Source: Chloropicon primus
Lineage: Eukaryota
Direction: 5' to 3'
Length of the DNA: 64,000 nucleotides
Assembly: GCA_023205875.1 (NCBI GenBank)
Contig: CP060757.1
Coordinates: 806,001 to 870,000, forward strand
The translations under genes and the position numbers were made by a program. This document shows positions 11,173-21,406 of this stretch, piece by piece; the stretch's first letter is position 1; every line of letters starts with the position of its first letter. The notes beneath the pieces are model-generated. The model was not told the DNA's origin and did no database searches. It saw nothing but the letters and a program-made list of their open reading frames with translations.

Positions 11173-12165
11173 ATGTTCTCGGAGAGCATCTTGTGCTGCT
11201 CGGAGCACTCCGTGAGCCTCGAGAATCTCGAGGACATGGAAAGCCCGCGGTCCTCCAACTCGGTGGGCGACTTGGACATGGGCGCGGCCTCCTTCAGCGG
11301 GTCCCCCCTCGACGGGGTCGCCTTCCGATCCATCTCCACCTTGGAGTGCCGCGAGACCCTGAAGGCCATGAGCACCAAGCAGCTGGAGTTCATGCCGGAC
11401 GTGGACAAGATCAGGGCCCAGGGGGGCGAGGACGTGTTCGCCCACAGGAGGAAGGTGATCACCTGCATGGCCGACATATGCCAGAAGTTGGACAACAACG
11501 ATTCGACCTTCTTCTCGGCGGTGAACATCCTGGACAGGTTCCTGTCCGTGCACAGCGTGAAGGAGAACCAGAAGGTGCTGTTCCCCCTGATCGGGATCGC
11601 CTGCGTCTCCATCGCGACCAAGATGACCGAGGTGTCCGTCCCCTCGCTCAAGTCCCTGCAGAAGTTCATGGGGGAGGGCCTGCCCTTCAACCCGTCGCAC
11701 ATTCAGGGAATGGAGATGGGAATTCTGAACAGCCTCGAGTGGAAGATGGCCTGCATCACCCCGTGCACCGTCCTGTGCTACGTGGTGAAGATGCTGAGGG
11801 ACTCTTACGAGTGCATATCCGCCGAGGAGGCCAAGGTGACCTACGCCTCCAGCATGTCCCTCATGAAGAAGTTTGTGTACGATAGGGAGTACGTCGAGTA
11901 CTCGGCGACAGAGATCGCCGCGGCCTCGGTCCTCAAGGCGAGCCTCTCCCACCAGCAGGAGATGTGCTGCCACGACCTCATGATGCAGCTCAACGGGGAC
12001 AGGAAGAGGAGCCACGACGGGACCCTCGCCACCCTCTGCGAGTGCATGACCAACATGGACTCCCTCGGACCCGTCGGGCCCGGGTACAACTCGGTCTACC
12101 AGAACAACAAGAGGCATATCTCGAGGTCCTTGTCCCCTCGCACGCCGCTCGGTTTCTACCTCTAG
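11173..12165 (+). CDS. CYCD: Cyclin, probably D-type
   Basis: Cyclin box RRKVITCM..TFFSAVNILDRFLS..LIGIACVSIATKMTE..MEMGILNSLEWKM..TP; N-terminal LxCxE (LCCSE). Confidence 0.85.
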   Translation: MFSESILCCSEHSVSLENLEDMESPRSSNSVGDLDMGAASFSGSPLDGVAFRSISTLECRETLKAMSTKQLEFMPDVDKIRAQGGEDVFAHRRKVITCMADICQKLDNNDSTFFSAVNILDRFLSVHSVKENQKVLFPLIGIACVSIATKMTEVSVPSLKSLQKFMGEGLPFNPSHIQGMEMGILNSLEWKMACITPCTVLCYVVKMLRDSYECISAEEAKVTYASSMSLMKKFVYDREYVEYSATEIAAASVLKASLSHQQEMCCHDLMMQLNGDRKRSHDGTLATLCECMTNMDSLGPVGPGYNSVYQNNKRHISRSLSPRTPLGFYL

Positions 12166-12358
12166 GCGGGGCCGCAATTCTTCCTTTAAATCGTTTTTGT
12201 TGCACACCTTCTATTCCTTAATCCAAACTTTTCATAACTTTTCTCCCCCTCCCTTCTTCTCTTCCGAGTTTTCCGTTTTTTCGCCAAAATCGCCTTTCCC
12301 CAAATCTTCAATTAAATCCCACCTGTCACCTCCACATTCATAAACCCCACCCCTCCTC

Positions 12359-12373
12359 TTTTTCGCGCGGAAA
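12359..12373. promoter_or_regulatory. Candidate palindromic E2F site TTTCGCGCGGAAA
   Basis: Matches TTTSSCGC on +, with an overlapping TTTCCGCGC on -; about 100 nt upstream of the ATG at 12471. Confidence 0.45.
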
Positions 12374-12470
12374 CTTGAACTCCCACAAAAACTTTGGGAG
12401 GGAAGAGCGAGGGAGCGCGAGGAGCTGTCGAGGAGTCGACTTGCGAGAACACTTGAGAGGGGAGAGAAGG

Positions 12471-13682
12471 ATGGGCGCGCGACCTGGACCGACGGAGAGA
12501 TCGGTGGGCCGCGTTGGCGCGGGAGGGAAGGCCGCACTCGGAGTGAAGAGGACCTCCTCGAGCGTTGTGGAGAAGAAGGGGGGGGCTCAGCAAAGGAAGT
12601 TTCTTGGGCTGGCGGGGAAGGGCAAAGGGCCGAAGCAAGTGGTCGCGACCTTCTCCGCGGGGGTCCCCGCGAGCGACGCGGGGAGCTACTTCTCCCCCGT
12701 GAAGGGAGGGAACCTGCAGACCCTGGACATGCTCGCGGCGCTCACGGCCACGCCGGTGAGGGCGAAGCTGGACCAGGAGGACGGGGGGCTGCCCGGCGCC
12801 TTGCTGGGGTCCCCGAGCAAGGACGCCGTGATGAGTCCGTTGAGCTTCCCTTCCCGGTGCAAGAGGCGCCGGACGGCCGCGGCCATGGCGGCCACGGCCT
12901 ACGCGAACCAGCAGCAGCCAATCGGGCTCGTGCTTCCGAACGCGGTGTGGGCGAGCGGGCAGCTCGGCATGGGGGGCTTCCAGCCGCAGAGCGCGGCGCT
13001 CTTCCCGGCGCTGACCCCGGCGATGGTCGGAACCCCGGTCGAGGTGAGTTGAGCGCCACGATGGGGCGAGGGGCGGGACCGAGGTCCCGGGAGGGCCTCC
13101 TCGTTCTCTCCCAAACCTCCCGCACGACGCGACGTCGTCGGGGATCCTCCCACGTTTTCTCTCTCGGTCGACGCTTGCGGTCGTACTGACTCGAACCTTG
13201 TTTCTTCCTTTTCTTGGCGCTCTCCTGCGCCCTGCCAAAGGCGAGCCAGCCACAGCAAGTGCTGGAACCACCATCTGTGCCCTCCATCGCACAGACCTTG
13301 AGCGCCCTGCCCGAAGTAGTTGGAGAGCAGGAGGAGGGTTCGACCAAGTGGCTCGATCTCCTCATGGCAGACATCAAGGGGAGGCTGGCCGCGTTGAAGA
13401 GGAGCAAGGGTAGAATAGCGAAGGTTCAGGAAAGGTAGGAACCCCGTGGCTTCTTTGTTTGTGACGATTTTTTCGGACTAACGCCTTGGTGCCCAACTAC
13501 GCGCTTCCTGTCGCAGGAATACCAATGAGCTGTTATGCGACGTGCAAGTAAGGATCGAGGAAGAGCTGAAGAGCCTCCAGACATGGTTGAAGCAGGTAAA
13601 AGAGATGAAGGCCCAGGGCAGCACGCAAGCCCTTCTCTCGACGGCGTTCAAGTTGAGCCACAACACCACACTCTTTGCGTAA
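12471..13682 (+). CDS. Conserved nuclear protein resembling plant DRC1/BTE1 (UCP030365-type) DREAM-associated proteins; exons 12471-13043, 13241-13434, 13517-13682
   Basis: In-phase introns; C-terminal WLDLLMADIKGRLAALKRSK and EEELKSLQTWLKQVKEM recall the plant family motifs WLELLxQDIKGRLxALRRSK and EEExxLExWLNQVKEMQ (from memory); NLS KRRR; CDK sites SPVK, TPVR, SPSK. Confidence 0.55.
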
Positions 13683-13976
13683 AGAATGAGAAGTGTGACC
13701 GAGTGTAAGAATGTAATTAACAGTTTTAAGAAACACCACCAATGCTGGAAAGCCAGCAAGCGGGCGCGGCGGTGAGGTGGACCTCCTTCCCCCTCCCGTG
13801 CCGGAGGAGAACCGCGACAGTCTCGACGACGGCTCTGCGTTTCTCGGCATGAACCGTGAGGCCTTTTGCGAGTCTGGAAACGGGCGAAAGTCTCGAGGCG
13901 AGAAGCAAGGGCGAGGAGATCGTGTCAAGAAAAAGATCTCAAGCTTTTTTTCCTCTAGGAAAAATATTATGAATTT

Positions 13977-15022
13977 TTACATTCCAGTGCCCTTGAAGTG
14001 GTTGTCGTCCACTGTGGTGTAGATGTGCCCATCGTTCTGCAAGTCCTCCACGGCTTGCTTCAAGTCATCGGGGGTGAACCTGTTCCCCAGCTTCTGCTTG
14101 AGCTGGTCAAAGCTGAGGCCCGCGTCGGCGTTCAGGGCCTGGGGCTCGTGGAAAACCTCGAAGGCCGCCTTCTGGCATGGGCTCATGCCTCCCAGACCGC
14201 TGTAGTCATGCTGGGCACCCATGGCAGGAGCGCCCATGCCTGCGTTTGGACCCATGACTCTCTTCTGACCCGGAGTCACCTGCGCGGCGCCCTGGTGCTT
14301 CCTCGTCAGGTACAAGTGGGTGAAGACCGTGTCAAGGAGGTGGAAAGTGAGCTCGTTCATGTCCGTAACCGGCTTTATGGTGAAGGCAACGATGTGCTTG
14401 TCCCCGTTCATGACCCTCAGGTGGCCGAAGATCTTGATGTACTTGCCCTCCCTCCACTCGGCCCTCGAAGACGGGCCGTGGGGGTCCTCCACCGCTCCCT
14501 GCGCCTGGTCGCCCGCGTCGTTGCTGTCGAGCCAGAACTTGGTCTCGATCTTGCCGGTGCCGTCGTCCAGGACGATCTTGATGACGGTCGACTGCTCCAC
14601 CAGCTGAACCACCTTTCCTATGATGACGACATTCGCTAGCTCCGTGCCGCTCACCATGAACGTCTCGTCCGCGGAGTCGGCGCTGCTGCAGCAGTCGCGA
14701 AGCTGCTTCACGGTCACAGGACGCAGCGTCTGAACCTTCTGGCCAGCCTTCTTTCCGCCCCCTCCGCCGTTTCCGGAACCTGCGCGTCGAGCGAAGCCGC
14801 GAAATAACGATTTCGTGCGATCGCAACACCACGGGTCAGTCCAAAGACCTCGCGAGGACCTCGCAAGGACAAAAGAACGAGGAGGTATCTCGAAGCGCCC
14901 TTCTTTCTCTTTCCCGGTTGGGCTCCGTCTGTCGTCCGCCACTCACCTACTTCGCCTTCGGCGGGCACGAAGCCCCCCCCGCCAAACTGCGAGGCGTGTA
15001 TCTCACCCCCTCCTCCGTACAT
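13977..15022 (-). CDS. RPA2: Replication protein A 32 kDa subunit; exons 15022-14947, 14779-13977
   Basis: SQFGGGGF, LRPVTVKQL, LDDGTG, TDMNELTFHLL, and C-terminal winged helix GHIYTTVDDNHFK. Confidence 0.95.
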
Positions 15023-15126
15023 TCTTCCTCACGAACCCCCGTCCTCGTCACACAATCACAATCAACCCCCTCTCGTCCTTCACCCTCTTCCGCTTCTCCG
15101 TTCGCCAGCCCAGCCCGTTCCCGTTT

Positions 15127-15134
15127 TTTGGCGC
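15127..15134. promoter_or_regulatory. Candidate E2F site TTTGGCGC in the RPA2/Elongin-B divergent promoter
   Basis: Exact TTTSSCGC match about 105 nt upstream of the RPA2 ATG. Confidence 0.45.
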
Positions 15135-15432
15135 CTTTTTCATGGTTTTGGTTTTGATGCAAAAGTGCGTACACTCTTGCCACGCTCTTGGTCAAGCGGA
15201 GAAGAAGCGAAGCGAAGCGAGGCAGAGTCCCAAGAGAAGGGGGAGGGAGGAGAGGACTGCGACTTGCGAATTGCGGACCAGAGAGGGGTTTGTTCGGTCG
15301 TTCCGTTCCGTTCCGTCGCTTTGACAGTTTTCACGCGTGCGCTCGTCGTGCAGTGCTGTGGTTCTCCGGGGTGGTTTGGGGGCAGAACGTTGTTGTTGGT
15401 TTAGGTATCACTCTCTACAAAGCAATCAGGTC

Positions 15433-16000
15433 ATGACCATCTCGTCCATGTACGTGCGTGTGAAGCGCGAGAAGATCACGTACTTCATACAAGCGGACCC
15501 CAGCGACACGATACTGGAGCTGAAGGAGAAGCTCCAGGAGCTCATAGACCAGGTAAGGGTCGGGAGGGAGGGGCCGGACTCCGTTGTATTGCCAATCTTT
15601 GGGCGCACTCGCAGGAGGAGGTTGTGGTCTTTTGCGCGCCTGGTCGGTTTTCCTCTTTCGCTGACTTTGGTGCCTCTCTTTTCTCTCGCCGGACCCCTGC
15701 CCGCTTGTCGCCCCAGCTGCCGGAAGAGCAGAGGCTGCTGAAGGACGACACGCCACTGGAAGATGCCAAGTCCCTGGCCGAGTACAGGATCGAGAACGAC
15801 GACGTCCTGGCTCTGACGTACAAGCTCCCAGGTAAGTGAGGGAAGGGCCCTCTCCTCTTTCTACCCTCGGGCGACGACGAAATTCTGACGACGAAGCGCT
15901 CCTTTCCTTCGCAGACGGCAACTTTGAGGCGATAAACATAGAGACGCTCAAGGCAGAGGAGGAGGAGGTGAAGAGCGACAAGGAGGTCGCGGACGAGTGA
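15433..16000 (+). CDS. ELOB: Elongin B-like ubiquitin-fold protein; exons 15433-15552, 15717-15831, 15915-16000
   Basis: MYVRVKREKITYFIQADPSDTILELKEKL..PEEQRL..LEDAKSLAEYRIENDDVLALTY..FEAINI. Confidence 0.8.
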
Positions 16001-16164
16001 AGACCTCTCGCGCCCGCGGGCGCCCCGTGAGACGGAAAGTGTAATTTATTCTGATCGCTGTCAAAGGTCAACAGCGGTGTTACCCCTCATCTTCCATAAT
16101 TTTTTTGAGGTACGTGACAAAGAATCTTATCGTTACAGAAAAGAAAGTCCCGTCGCTCTCCTCC

Positions 16165-17733
16165 TCAGTCGACTTTGACCTTCTCGGTCTGCTTCACGAC
16201 CCCGCCCTTCACGGTGGCGTAGGCAGTCGACCCGACGATCATCGCGGCGCCGAGGTAGCCGAGCCCGCCGAACTTCTCCTTCAGGAAGACTGCGGCGAAG
16301 AAGGCGCCCCACAAGGGCTCCGTCGTGTAAATGAGGGACGCGAGTGTGCTGCTGATGTTTTGAAGGGCATTGATCTCGATGAAGAGGGTGAGGGCCGTGG
16401 TTCCCATCCCCATCGCCGCCAGGTTGGTCCAAGGCAGGTGGGCGAGGCTGTAAGACACTTTCTGCACGTCCAAGGCCTGCAAACCGCCGGGATTGTGAAG
16501 GCTGAAGTCCACCAGCTCGTAAACCCCTGACAGCAAAGTCAGGAGAGTGAGCTCCAAGGAGATCAGCCCCGGGAGGTCCTTGTTGTCGATTGACGCCGTC
16601 CTCTTCTCTGTCCTGAAGACGTGGGTGCCGAAGCAGCACGCGCTCAGCAGGCAGAGACTGTCCCCAAGGTTGAACCCAGACGAGGCTCCGTCGGCCTCCG
16701 TCACGAGGACGACCCCAAGCAGTGCGATGACAGAGGCGTACCAAACAATGTTCGGAATCTTCTCGCCGCTTAGCTTGGCCCAGAACGGCACGATCAGGAC
16801 GGCGAACTCCGCCATCACTGCCCCTCTGGATGCGCTCGTCATACCCAAACCCAAGACCTGCGCCGTGTACCCGATGAAGAGATACGTGGCGAGCTCCGTC
16901 GCCGCGGTAAGGAGCTTTGGCCTCTTGAAAGCTCCCGTCTTTATCCCAAAGGGCAGGAACGCCAGGGCCGCGATTCCGAACCGGACGAGGTTCAGCGTCG
17001 AGGGGCTCGTCTCCGTCTCCGTCAGCTTGATCAGCACCTGGTTGCTCCCGAAGAGCGCCGCCGCCAGGTTCACCAGCGCGATGGACCCCACCGTGGCGAA
17101 GGTCCACTTCATGGGGGCCTCGCCCTCGGCGCCCTCCCCCGTCGCCGCGAGGACGTCCTGGGCGTCCTCCTCCCCCGGCAGGACGGCCGTCTCGTCCAGG
17201 GAGGACAAGCTGGCGAGGGCGGAGAGGTTCGCGGACTTGAGGCAGGCCGCCAAAACCGTTTCCTCGATGAAGGAAAAGTTCTCCTCGGTCACGGCCCTGC
17301 CGTCCTTCCGAATGATGAAGGTGTCCTCCATCTCGAAGTCCTCCTCGCTGGTGTAGATGCTCGCCATGAGGACGTCCAGCTCAAGCGACGCGAGCGCAAA
17401 GGTCACGTCGGACAGGAGCCCCCTCCCCCTGTCCTTCCCGCTCAGCTTGAGCTGGGTGCCCCTCTCCGTCGCCTCGTTGGTGAGCGAGACCGAGTACGTC
17501 ATGAGCTCGTCCGTCGGGCTGAAGACGTCCCCGCTCGTCGAGGCCACCTGCTCCGGCGCCGCCTCGAGGGGCTCGCTCGCTCTGCAAACGTGACGACGTC
17601 GAGCAGCAGGACTTGGCGGGCCCGAGCTCCCCGGGCCGGCCACCCGCCGCGACGCCTTGGCCCCGCACCTCCCGACCGCCACCTTCCCCCCGCTCCCCGC
17701 GGCGCGCCCCCTCGTCCCCCTCGTCCCCCTCAT
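16165..17733 (-). CDS. Plastid-targeted ACT-domain + EamA/DMT transporter fusion
   Basis: Arg/Ala/Gly-rich transit peptide; ACT signature DRGRGLLSDVTFALASLELDVLMASIYT..DTFII; about 10 TM helices with EamA motifs (RFGIAAL, GDSLCLLSA, EPLWGAFFAAVFLKE). Confidence 0.8.
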   Translation of the reverse strand: MRGTRGTRGRAAGSGGKVAVGRCGAKASRRVAGPGSSGPPSPAARRRHVCRASEPLEAAPEQVASTSGDVFSPTDELMTYSVSLTNEATERGTQLKLSGKDRGRGLLSDVTFALASLELDVLMASIYTSEEDFEMEDTFIIRKDGRAVTEENFSFIEETVLAACLKSANLSALASLSSLDETAVLPGEEDAQDVLAATGEGAEGEAPMKWTFATVGSIALVNLAAALFGSNQVLIKLTETETSPSTLNLVRFGIAALAFLPFGIKTGAFKRPKLLTAATELATYLFIGYTAQVLGLGMTSASRGAVMAEFAVLIVPFWAKLSGEKIPNIVWYASVIALLGVVLVTEADGASSGFNLGDSLCLLSACCFGTHVFRTEKRTASIDNKDLPGLISLELTLLTLLSGVYELVDFSLHNPGGLQALDVQKVSYSLAHLPWTNLAAMGMGTTALTLFIEINALQNISSTLASLIYTTEPLWGAFFAAVFLKEKFGGLGYLGAAMIVGSTAYATVKGGVVKQTEKVKVD

Positions 17734-18393
17734 GTCTCCCTGAAATGCTTTGCCTTTCTGCTTGCACAGACAAAGGTTGAGTCTGGTGTCGCTGCTGTTT
17801 GTTGCAGCAAAGCCAACCCGTTCGGCTTCGACTTCGGCTTCGAGTCGTACGATGTCACCGATCGAGCCCCCCTGAAAACTTCTTGGCCACCAAAGAACGC
17901 CTCTCTCTTCCCCCCGACCTCTGCCTCCGACCCAAGGCCGTCCCAAAGAGACAGAACCGCGTCCTTCCCTCCCACTTCCCCTCGTCCCCAACCCTTTCTC
18001 TCTCTCTCTCTCCCTCGAGCCAAACCTTGCTCTTCTCGTCTCGTCCACTACTGATGACTCAGCCTCTCATTCGTCATCCTCAGCCTCAGCCTCTCATTCG
18101 GGGAGAGAAGTAGGCGGCGATAAGATCCTATCCTCGAAATCGAGTCGAGTCGAGGGAGAGAGAGAGAGAGAGAGAGCGTTGCTTTGAGACGTGGAACAGG
18201 TTGTTGGCGTCGTGGTTGGTTGTTGTGTACTTGTTGTGTTTGTCTGGAGCAAAAGAGGGCTCTCTTGGCTTGGAGGGCTTTCGATTGACCCCTCGGTTGG
18301 CGTCTGGAGTGCGCGGGCGGGGCGAAGAATCCTATTGAAGGACTCGAAGGAAGGACGAAGAATCCTATTCCTTATCCTCTCTGTTGTTGGGAG

Positions 18394-19686
18394 ATGGCGA
18401 GAGGGTGTGGCGTGGTGAGGGGCGCGGGAGGCGCGGTGGGGGCGAGGAGGGAGGGTGCGGCGCTGGGAGGAAGGAGGGCCTTTTGTGGCGCGAGAGGCCG
18501 GGTGCGCGGGTGCGCGAGAGTGGCCCCGCCGCGGGCCAGCGGGGGGGACGGGGCGAGAGTCATCGCGACGCTTCCTGGGGACGGCATAGGCCCCGAGATC
18601 ATGAACGTGGCCGTCAAGGTGCTGGAGACTGTGGCCGAGGGCGAGGGCGTGAGCCTCAGGTTCGAGGAGCACGCCATCGGGGGCGACGCGATCGACAAGA
18701 CGGGGAAGCCCCTGCCCGAGGAGACCCTCGAGGCCTGCAAGGCGAGCGACCAGGTCCTCCTGGCTGCCATCGGCGGGTACAAGTGGGACAACCTGTCGAG
18801 CAAGGACAGGCCGGAGGGCGGGCTCCTTCAGCTGAGGGCGGGTCTCGACTGCTTCGCGAACCTGAGGCCGGCCACCCTGCAGGACGAGCTCCTGGAGGGC
18901 TCCCCGCTCAAGCCGGAGGTCATCAAGGGGGTTGACATCATGATCGTGAGGGAGCTCGTGGGAGGCATCTACTTTGGGGAGCCCAGGGGCTTCAAGGACG
19001 CCGACGGCGACAGGGCGGGGTACAACACCATGGTCTACAAGAAGAGCGAGGTGGAGCGCATCGCGAGGGTCGCGTTCGAGATCGCGAAAGCGAGGAAGGG
19101 GAACTTGGTCTCGGTGGACAAGGCGAACGTCCTGGAGGTGTCGCAGCTGTGGAGGCAGACGGTCGCGGACGCCTTCGAGGCGGACGGGTGCGAGGCGGAC
19201 GGCCTGAGCCTCTCCAACATGTACGTCGACAACTGCGCCATGCAGCTGTGCACGAACCCGAGCCAGTTTGACGTCATCCTCACCGGTAACATATTTGGGG
19301 ACATCCTCTCCGACCAGGCCTCGGTCATCACGGGGAGCCTGGGCATGCTCCCGAGCGCCTCGGTGAGCTCCCCGGGGAAGCCTGGGATCTACGAGCCGGT
19401 CCACGGGTCGGCCCCCGACATCGCAGGCCAGGACAAGGCGAACCCGCTTGGCATGGTGCTGAGCGCCGCAATGATGTGCAGGTACGGCCTGAACGAGCCG
19501 GAGATGGCCGACATCATCGAGGATGCCGTCAAGAGCGTCCTCGCCAAGGGGTACAGAACCGGGGATCTGATGGGAGCCTCCCCGGCAGGCGCCGAGCTCA
19601 CGCAAGTGAGTTGCAGCCAGATGGGAGAACTCCTTCTCGAGACCATCGCTGAGGAGGAAATCATGGTGTCCTTCATGCCAAAATAA
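18394..19686 (+). CDS. leuB: 3-isopropylmalate dehydrogenase, plastid
   Basis: LPGDGIGPEI, FANLRP, VRELVGGIYFG, SVDKANVL, NIFGDILSDQAS, GSLGMLPSAS, YEPVHGSAPDIAG. Confidence 0.96.
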   Translation: MARGCGVVRGAGGAVGARREGAALGGRRAFCGARGRVRGCARVAPPRASGGDGARVIATLPGDGIGPEIMNVAVKVLETVAEGEGVSLRFEEHAIGGDAIDKTGKPLPEETLEACKASDQVLLAAIGGYKWDNLSSKDRPEGGLLQLRAGLDCFANLRPATLQDELLEGSPLKPEVIKGVDIMIVRELVGGIYFGEPRGFKDADGDRAGYNTMVYKKSEVERIARVAFEIAKARKGNLVSVDKANVLEVSQLWRQTVADAFEADGCEADGLSLSNMYVDNCAMQLCTNPSQFDVILTGNIFGDILSDQASVITGSLGMLPSASVSSPGKPGIYEPVHGSAPDIAGQDKANPLGMVLSAAMMCRYGLNEPEMADIIEDAVKSVLAKGYRTGDLMGASPAGAELTQVSCSQMGELLLETIAEEEIMVSFMPK

Positions 19687-19904
19687 CTAGAGCACAACAC
19701 GTTTCATTTACACCTTTTCCAACAACACAAGCCGGACCGAGCTCCTCACCTGACCAACCAAGGCCTCCCCCCCCCGAGGACGAGGAGCCTAAATTTTTTT
19801 CTGCACACTTTCGACCTCAAAAAAATACCGTTGGAGGCCGGCCGCTTAGTTTGCCTGAAACCAAAGGAAGGGAACGGAACGAGAACTTGAATTGTTTTGC
19901 CGCC

Positions 19905-20357
19905 ATGCCGCACGGGGACTTCTCAGACTACACGGCGTACGCCCACCTCACCTTCGGCATCGCGTCGATGTACAAGCCTGAACTTTGGTGGAAGGGCATC
20001 GGACCCATCCAAGCGCTGCTCACCGGGACACCCACGCCGGACGCAGAGAAAGTCGTGCGTATGGCCGGAGGGCTCTTGCTGCTCATCGGGTTTGTGTTTT
20101 ACGTCGTTCGTTGGAACACCGTCAACGGCAGGTATGCCGCTGGCCCTGCGTGTGTCATCTGTGCGCTGAACGCTGTGTCCATCGCGTCGACGTCCAAGGG
20201 AGGGATCAGAACCGCCAGTGGCTGGCACCTGTATGCGTCCTTGATGCTTCTTTCGGCGATGCACTTCATGTTGAACCCCAATCCAGTGTGGACGAGCAAG
20301 ACCCTCAAGAAGCACGAGGACGAGAAGAAGGCCAAGAAGGCCGCCAAGAACAGGTAA
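19905..20357 (+). CDS. Small unknown membrane protein (about 4 hydrophobic segments, Lys-rich tail)
   Basis: GCCGCCATG start context, coding-like codon use, 150 aa; family not recognised. Confidence 0.7.
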   Translation: MPHGDFSDYTAYAHLTFGIASMYKPELWWKGIGPIQALLTGTPTPDAEKVVRMAGGLLLLIGFVFYVVRWNTVNGRYAAGPACVICALNAVSIASTSKGGIRTASGWHLYASLMLLSAMHFMLNPNPVWTSKTLKKHEDEKKAKKAAKNR

Positions 20358-20514
20358 GGCGAGCGCGGGGGGGGGCAGCGGGCACCACCCCGAGCCCCCT
20401 GGTCCGCTGCTGCTGCTGGCGGTCAAGCCTGCCGGTTCTCAAGGCAAGGTTGCACCACGCGAGTACAGTAATATTACAAACATGAATGATGGTTGTTTTG
20501 ATAAACTTTATTCC

Positions 20515-21406
20515 TCACTGCCTAAGAAACTCTCGGCACCTCATCGCGTAAACTCCCGGGACGATCTGCTTGTTGAGCCTCACCCACTTTCTGGCCCAGC
20601 TGTCGTCCGGGTCGACCACGGAGATGATTCCATCGAACTTTTTGGAGGTGTACTCCTCCACTTCCTCTTGACTTCCCTTGGGAATCAGGGAGGGACAGTT
20701 TTCGCAACCTACTTCGTAAAATTGAGCCTTCGTTTTGATAAGCCTGCACCTGATGCAGCACACCTGGAGCTTCCTTTCCAGGGCGTTCGGAGGGTTCGCC
20801 GCGATGAACCTCGGCAGACCTAGCGAAGCGGCGAGAGCAAGAAGAGCGTTAGCAGGAACGTCGAGTTGGCGTTGAGTCCAACCCAAAACCGGGGTCAATG
20901 CTGTCTCCCCTGCGAAAAGGCTCCAGGAAACCTCGACACCAAAGAGTCACGCGTGCTCGGGTCCCGCCTTACCTTTTGGCTTGTTCGCGTCTCGCGTCGG
21001 CCTCCCTTCCTCCTCGCCTGGCGCGGCAGCGGCATCCCCCTCACCCCCTTGGCCAGGGTTCCCACCCTCTTCTCCTCCCTTCTCGAGGTTTTCGCCCTCA
21101 CCAGCCCTGAGACACGCGACGCGGAAAGAGATCGAAGCGCGCGGGCGTCGCGGAAACGTCACCGAAGCGTTCGCTCGTCAGTCACTACTCACAACGCGCC
21201 AGGTCCCCTCCCGCGCGAAGGCACACGCACACACCCTCCCGGAATCGCACACGGAACACAAGCACGAAACCAAGACAACAACAAACTTACCTCACCCCTT
21301 TCTCTTGGTCGGTCTCCTCGTCGGACCCCGACTCCAGGAGCTCATCGATCCCTTTCTCGGTCTCCTTGTCCACCCTCTTCAGGTCTCCTACGTCCTCCCC
21401 CGACAT
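20515..21406 (-). CDS. SPT4: Transcription elongation factor SPT4 with acidic N-terminal extension; exons 21406-21291, 21106-20973, 20819-20515
   Basis: Zn finger CIRC..GCENC, YTSKKFDGIISVVDPDDSWARKW..VPGVYAM; the three exons join in phase (555 nt). Confidence 0.85.

Noticed and set aside
20764..21035. Short SPT4 model starting MPLPRQ and using the acceptor at 20764
   Set aside because: The acceptor at 20820 has a GCTAAC branch point and pyrimidine tract, is in phase, and restores the SPT4-like PPNALERKL segment.
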